From: a candidate division WOR-3 bacterium
Lineage (GTDB): Bacteria > Hydrothermota > Tepidihabitantia > SM23-42 > JAOAFX01
DNA: 30,230 nucleotides
NCBI GenBank assembly: GCA_965649095.1
Contig: CBFGJQ010000111.1
Span: 1 to 30,230, forward strand
Direction: 5' to 3'
The notes under the pieces: model-generated
The model's database searches: none
Told to the model about the DNA's origin: nothing
Seen by the model: only the letters and a program-made list of their open reading frames with translations
Shown here: in pieces, positions 26,904 to 30,230 of the stretch
Layout of the letters: each line of letters starts with the position of its first letter
Numbering within the stretch: position 1 is the stretch's first letter
Made by a program: the position numbers and the translations under genes

Positions 26904-26931
26904 TTGACAAATAGAAAAATTTGAAGATAAT
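26904..26931 (+). promoter_or_regulatory. Sigma70 promoter (TTGACA-16-GATAAT), leaderless ATG 6 nt downstream
   Basis: Perfect -35 at 26904-26909, -10 at 26926-26931, ATG at 26938 with no SD. Confidence 0.65.
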
Positions 26932-26937
26932 TAGACT

Positions 26938-27741
26938 ATGACTATTGAAGAGTACTGGCAGGTTAGCGAAAAGCCATTTTTGAATACCCCAGATACAAAA
27001 TATCTCTTTGAATCTGAGGATTTTAGTGAGGCGATGGGAAGAATTCTTTATAACCTTAAGGAGATAAAAGGTGGTATCACGATGATTGTTGGTGAAATTG
27101 GCTGCGGGAAGACAATCCTTGTTCACTCTCTAAGGGAAAAATTACCCCGGGAAGAATATTTAACCCTCATTCTTATCAATCCAAGGCTTTCGCCCAATCA
27201 ACTTTTGAGCACGATCGCCACCGGGTTAGGTAGCAGAGATATCCCCCGCTATCGCAACAAAATTCTCTCGGAAATCTACGATATTCTTGTGAGAATAAAT
27301 AATGAGGGAATTACCCCGGTTCTTTTGATTGACGAAGCCCAGACTATGGCAACAAAAGTCCTGGAGGAGATAAGACTATTATTGAATTTTGAGGATGCAA
27401 AGAAGAAATTAATCCAGATTGTTCTATTTGGGCAACCTGAATTGAAGAAGAAGATAAAGGGCATTGAACAGTTGAATCAAAGGATAAATATCAGGTATCA
27501 CCTGAAGGGATTGAATCCACCGGAGACCTCTGAATATATCAAACATCGTTTAAGGATTGCCCGGGCAAAGAGGGAGATATTTAGCGATTCTTCAATACCA
27601 TTGATTCACCAATATTCAAGGGGTATTCCCCGTCTGATAAATACGATTGCCACGAATTCAATGTATGCGGGTTTTCTTTTGAAAAAAGATATTATTGACC
27701 CTGAAACCATAGAAGAGGTCTATAAGGACATAAACGAATAA
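26938..27741 (+). CDS. ExeA/GspA-type AAA ATPase (ATPase domain only)
   Basis: YWQVSEKPFLNTPD, Walker A GEIGCGKT, Walker B LLIDEAQ, QIVLFGQPEL, QRINIRYHL, SRGIPRLIN; 267 aa with no TM or peptidoglycan-binding tail. Confidence 0.88.
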   Translation: MTIEEYWQVSEKPFLNTPDTKYLFESEDFSEAMGRILYNLKEIKGGITMIVGEIGCGKTILVHSLREKLPREEYLTLILINPRLSPNQLLSTIATGLGSRDIPRYRNKILSEIYDILVRINNEGITPVLLIDEAQTMATKVLEEIRLLLNFEDAKKKLIQIVLFGQPELKKKIKGIEQLNQRINIRYHLKGLNPPETSEYIKHRLRIARAKREIFSDSSIPLIHQYSRGIPRLINTIATNSMYAGFLLKKDIIDPETIEEVYKDINE

Positions 27742-28322
27742 TGGCACTAAAGTTTAAGCAGTTCTATAAACCTGATGACAGAATAAAAGAGAACGGTTCG
27801 CGCGGTGAGAAATTAAAAACAGGACCGGTCCCGAAAGAGATGGCAGAAAGACAATTTGAGATAAAAGAAAAACAGGAGCGGAGTTTTGCTATCTTTGCGG
27901 TTGGTCAGGAGGATTACGGTATTGACCTTTCTAATGTTATGGAGGTATTACACAATTTTTCAATTATTCCAGTTCCCCATCTTCCCCACTTTTTCTGTGG
28001 TGTGACAAACATAAGGGGAGAGTCAATACCGGTTGTGGTAATGGCAGAATTGTTGAAACAAAAACCAAAGACGGATGGCACAAAAGTCTGTATTATAACA
28101 AAAACTGGTGAAACCAAAGCCGGTTTACTTGTTGACTCAGAGGTGGAGATTGTTGATTTAGAAAAAGGGAAGATGTTTCCATTACCCGATTGTTATACAA
28201 AGGAAGAGGCTGAGTTTTTAGAGGGCATATTTTTGTTAAATGAACGATTCATTGGTATTCTAAGAATTGAAGATGCACTCAAGCATCTTTTAAAATGGAG
28301 GAATGAAGATGAAGATAGATAG
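27741..28322 (+). CDS. cheW: CheW-family coupling protein with a charged N-terminal extension of about 45 aa
   Basis: [45 protein letters not shown]; TAATG overlap with the ATPase. Confidence 0.85.
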   Translation: MALKFKQFYKPDDRIKENGSRGEKLKTGPVPKEMAERQFEIKEKQERSFAIFAVGQEDYGIDLSNVMEVLHNFSIIPVPHLPHFFCGVTNIRGESIPVVVMAELLKQKPKTDGTKVCIITKTGETKAGLLVDSEVEIVDLEKGKMFPLPDCYTKEEAEFLEGIFLLNERFIGILRIEDALKHLLKWRNEDEDR

Positions 28323-29871
28323 AAAAATAGTCGCCACTTTGGGCTTCATTGTCCAGGTCGCTCTATTCTTTTTTATAACTTTTAGTCTATCCCTTCCCAG
28401 TTCCTTTTACTATTACTACACCGCCTTTGCCATTCTGGTATTGGTATATAACCTCGTGGTGGGTAAATACCCCGTGCGTATTACCGGGGGGCTGATTTAT
28501 CTACTCTCAACGCTCGGCGCCGGTATTATTAGTGGACTCCTTACTACCAATAGGGGTGAGACATTCCATTGGCTCATCCTATACAGTATTATCTGTGGTT
28601 TTAGCGTTATGATGTTTTCATATTATCTTATGCTCTTCTCTTACCCCAATGACCTGCCGGGATTCCCTAGTTCTATGGAATTCGGAATTGGTATATTTGC
28701 GACCGTAACCTATCTCTTTTTGTTATTCATCCCATTGAAAATCTCTGATGCGATTCTTGTTGTCTTTTTAATCTTTATTGCTGCTTTATTATTGGGTTTT
28801 CTTTTTACCTTTTCCCTAAAAAAAGCATTGGGGAATTTAATAACGATAACCGAAGGCACGCTGGAGAGGAGGCCACTTTCGCATTCTACAATTTTTCAAG
28901 TCTTCTATAACAAAATTATGGAATTTCTATCCCGAACCTATGCCTCGTTTACCGATGTTGAGAATGTAAGTAAGGATATAAAGGCGTCAGCCGAGGACCT
29001 ATCATCCGCATCGGAAGAGATGAATGCCTCACTTGAGGAGGTATCATCAACAGTTCAACACATTGCCAAGGGGGCACAGGAGCAGTCAGAGGCAATTACT
29101 GCGATTGCCCGGGCAATAGAAGAATTGAATAACTTAACAACTTCAATTTCATCTCAAGTAAAAATGGCTAATGTATCATCACGCCGGACAACCGATTCGG
29201 CAAAGAAGGGAATGGAACTTTCAATTCATCTGGCAAAGATATTGAAGGAAATCTTTGAGCAGACAAGGTTTATTGAAGAAAAGATGGCGCGCCTGCGCGA
29301 ACAGGCAACCGAGATTAAAAAGATAGTGGACATAATTCAAAAGATTACTGAACAGACCGACCTTCTGGCGCTTAATGCCGCAATTGAGGCAGCAAGAGTC
29401 GGTGAGCAGGGAAAGGGATTTGCGGTCGTTGCTGACGAAATAAGGAATCTGGCAAACGAAACCAAACGTTCTTCTACAACTGTTGAGGAACTCATCGCCG
29501 AGATTAACAAAACGACTGTGGAATTGAATAATCTGTTAAATATTGAGCGAGAGAAGATAGATGAGGCTAATATTTCAGCCACGCAATCCGAAGAGGAATT
29601 TACTGGAATAGTAAATGCGGTTGATCTTGTAACCGATATGATTGGAAGAATCAATGAGGCAGCCGGGAATCAGATGCAGAATACAAAAGAGCTTGTAAGA
29701 AGAGTAGAACAGGTGGCACAGGTTGCAACCGACACCGCGGCGGCAACAGAAGAGGTTTCTGCCGCCGTGCAGGAGCAGACCGCCTCTATGGAGGAATTTA
29801 CCTCCACTGCGCAACTTCTTTCTCAGATCGTTATAAGATTAGAGGAACTCATCAAGACGATTAAAAAATGA
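28303..29871 (+). CDS. Methyl-accepting chemotaxis protein with a polytopic N-terminal membrane domain
   Basis: Signalling tip [37 protein letters not shown]; methylation-type helices ([25 protein letters not shown]); about 170 N-terminal residues almost all hydrophobic. Confidence 0.93.
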   Translation: MKMKIDRKIVATLGFIVQVALFFFITFSLSLPSSFYYYYTAFAILVLVYNLVVGKYPVRITGGLIYLLSTLGAGIISGLLTTNRGETFHWLILYSIICGFSVMMFSYYLMLFSYPNDLPGFPSSMEFGIGIFATVTYLFLLFIPLKISDAILVVFLIFIAALLLGFLFTFSLKKALGNLITITEGTLERRPLSHSTIFQVFYNKIMEFLSRTYASFTDVENVSKDIKASAEDLSSASEEMNASLEEVSSTVQHIAKGAQEQSEAITAIARAIEELNNLTTSISSQVKMANVSSRRTTDSAKKGMELSIHLAKILKEIFEQTRFIEEKMARLREQATEIKKIVDIIQKITEQTDLLALNAAIEAARVGEQGKGFAVVADEIRNLANETKRSSTTVEELIAEINKTTVELNNLLNIEREKIDEANISATQSEEEFTGIVNAVDLVTDMIGRINEAAGNQMQNTKELVRRVEQVAQVATDTAAATEEVSAAVQEQTASMEEFTSTAQLLSQIVIRLEELIKTIKK

Positions 29872-30230
29872 ACTATCTCCTTGAATACACAATTGGCAGG
29901 ATAAGATTCGCGACACTGATTGAAGAGATAAAAGAGATAACAAGACCAAGGGATATTATAAAAGCAAAGGATATGCCCAGTAATATTATTGGGTTCTTTG
30001 AACTCAGAGGTGAAAGATTACCCCTTTACGATTTGCCCAGGTTTTTGGGTTTAAACTCAGAAGAGAAATTTGAGGTAATTGTAAGTGAGATCTCTCAAAT
30101 TAATATTGGCTTTAAGGTAGATAAGGTCAATGGAATAGTTACTAGCGAGTCAATAATACCCTTTCCGGATATTGTAAAGGCAAAGGAGTACTTGAAAGGG
30201 GTAATAAAAAAGGAAAATGAACTACTGCAG
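29868..30230 (+). CDS. cheW: Second CheW-family protein; partial, runs off the right edge
   Basis: Hand translation: [24 protein letters not shown]...[18 protein letters not shown]...[11 protein letters not shown]...EYLKGVIKK; 121 open codons; ATGA overlap with the MCP stop. Not in the ORF track. Confidence 0.85.
   Translation, partial: MNYLLEYTIGRIRFATLIEEIKEITRPRDIIKAKDMPSNIIGFFELRGERLPLYDLPRFLGLNSEEKFEVIVSEISQINIGFKVDKVNGIVTSESIIPFPDIVKAKEYLKGVIKKENELLQ

Noticed and set aside
13785-29814. Remaining nested short ORFs (e.g. 15274-15624, 17020-17346, 22991-23341, 26878-27126, 29337-29654)
   Set aside because: Shadows of long coding genes; composition mirrors the sense-strand codons.

Overview
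Bacterial window from a diderm organism with PorU/gingipain-like proteins and T9SS-like C-terminal domains (CTDs). The lineage resembles FCB-associated groups such as WOR-3; this is inference, not a database result. Left arm (minus strand, one tight operon): lipoprotein carrying a SecD-P1-like domain, GT2 polysaccharide synthase, Trm112, PorU-like C25 peptidase, uvrB, nadC (apparent AUU start), M55 D-aminopeptidase, and a type IIG/ISP restriction-modification enzyme that runs off the window and is absent from the ORF track. Middle (plus strand): a C25 paralogue, a poly-gamma-glutamate locus (capB, capC, TIGR04332-like gene, tandem-domain periplasmic protein, outer-membrane beta-barrel; no capA/capD/capE here), an LVIVD lipoprotein, a third C25 and a YCF48/BNR propeller. 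Three of these share a nucleotide-conserved CTD cassette studded with 7-bp tandem repeats. Right: an MntA-HepT toxin-antitoxin pair and an ExeA-like ATPase-cheW-MCP-cheW operon. Six sigma70-like promoters were found, all with 16-bp spacers, four apparently leaderless or nearly so. No rRNA, tRNA, CRISPR array or transposase was seen. Best candidate for a new system: a Gram-negative poly-gamma-glutamate synthesis and export apparatus embedded among CTD-secreted C25 proteins.
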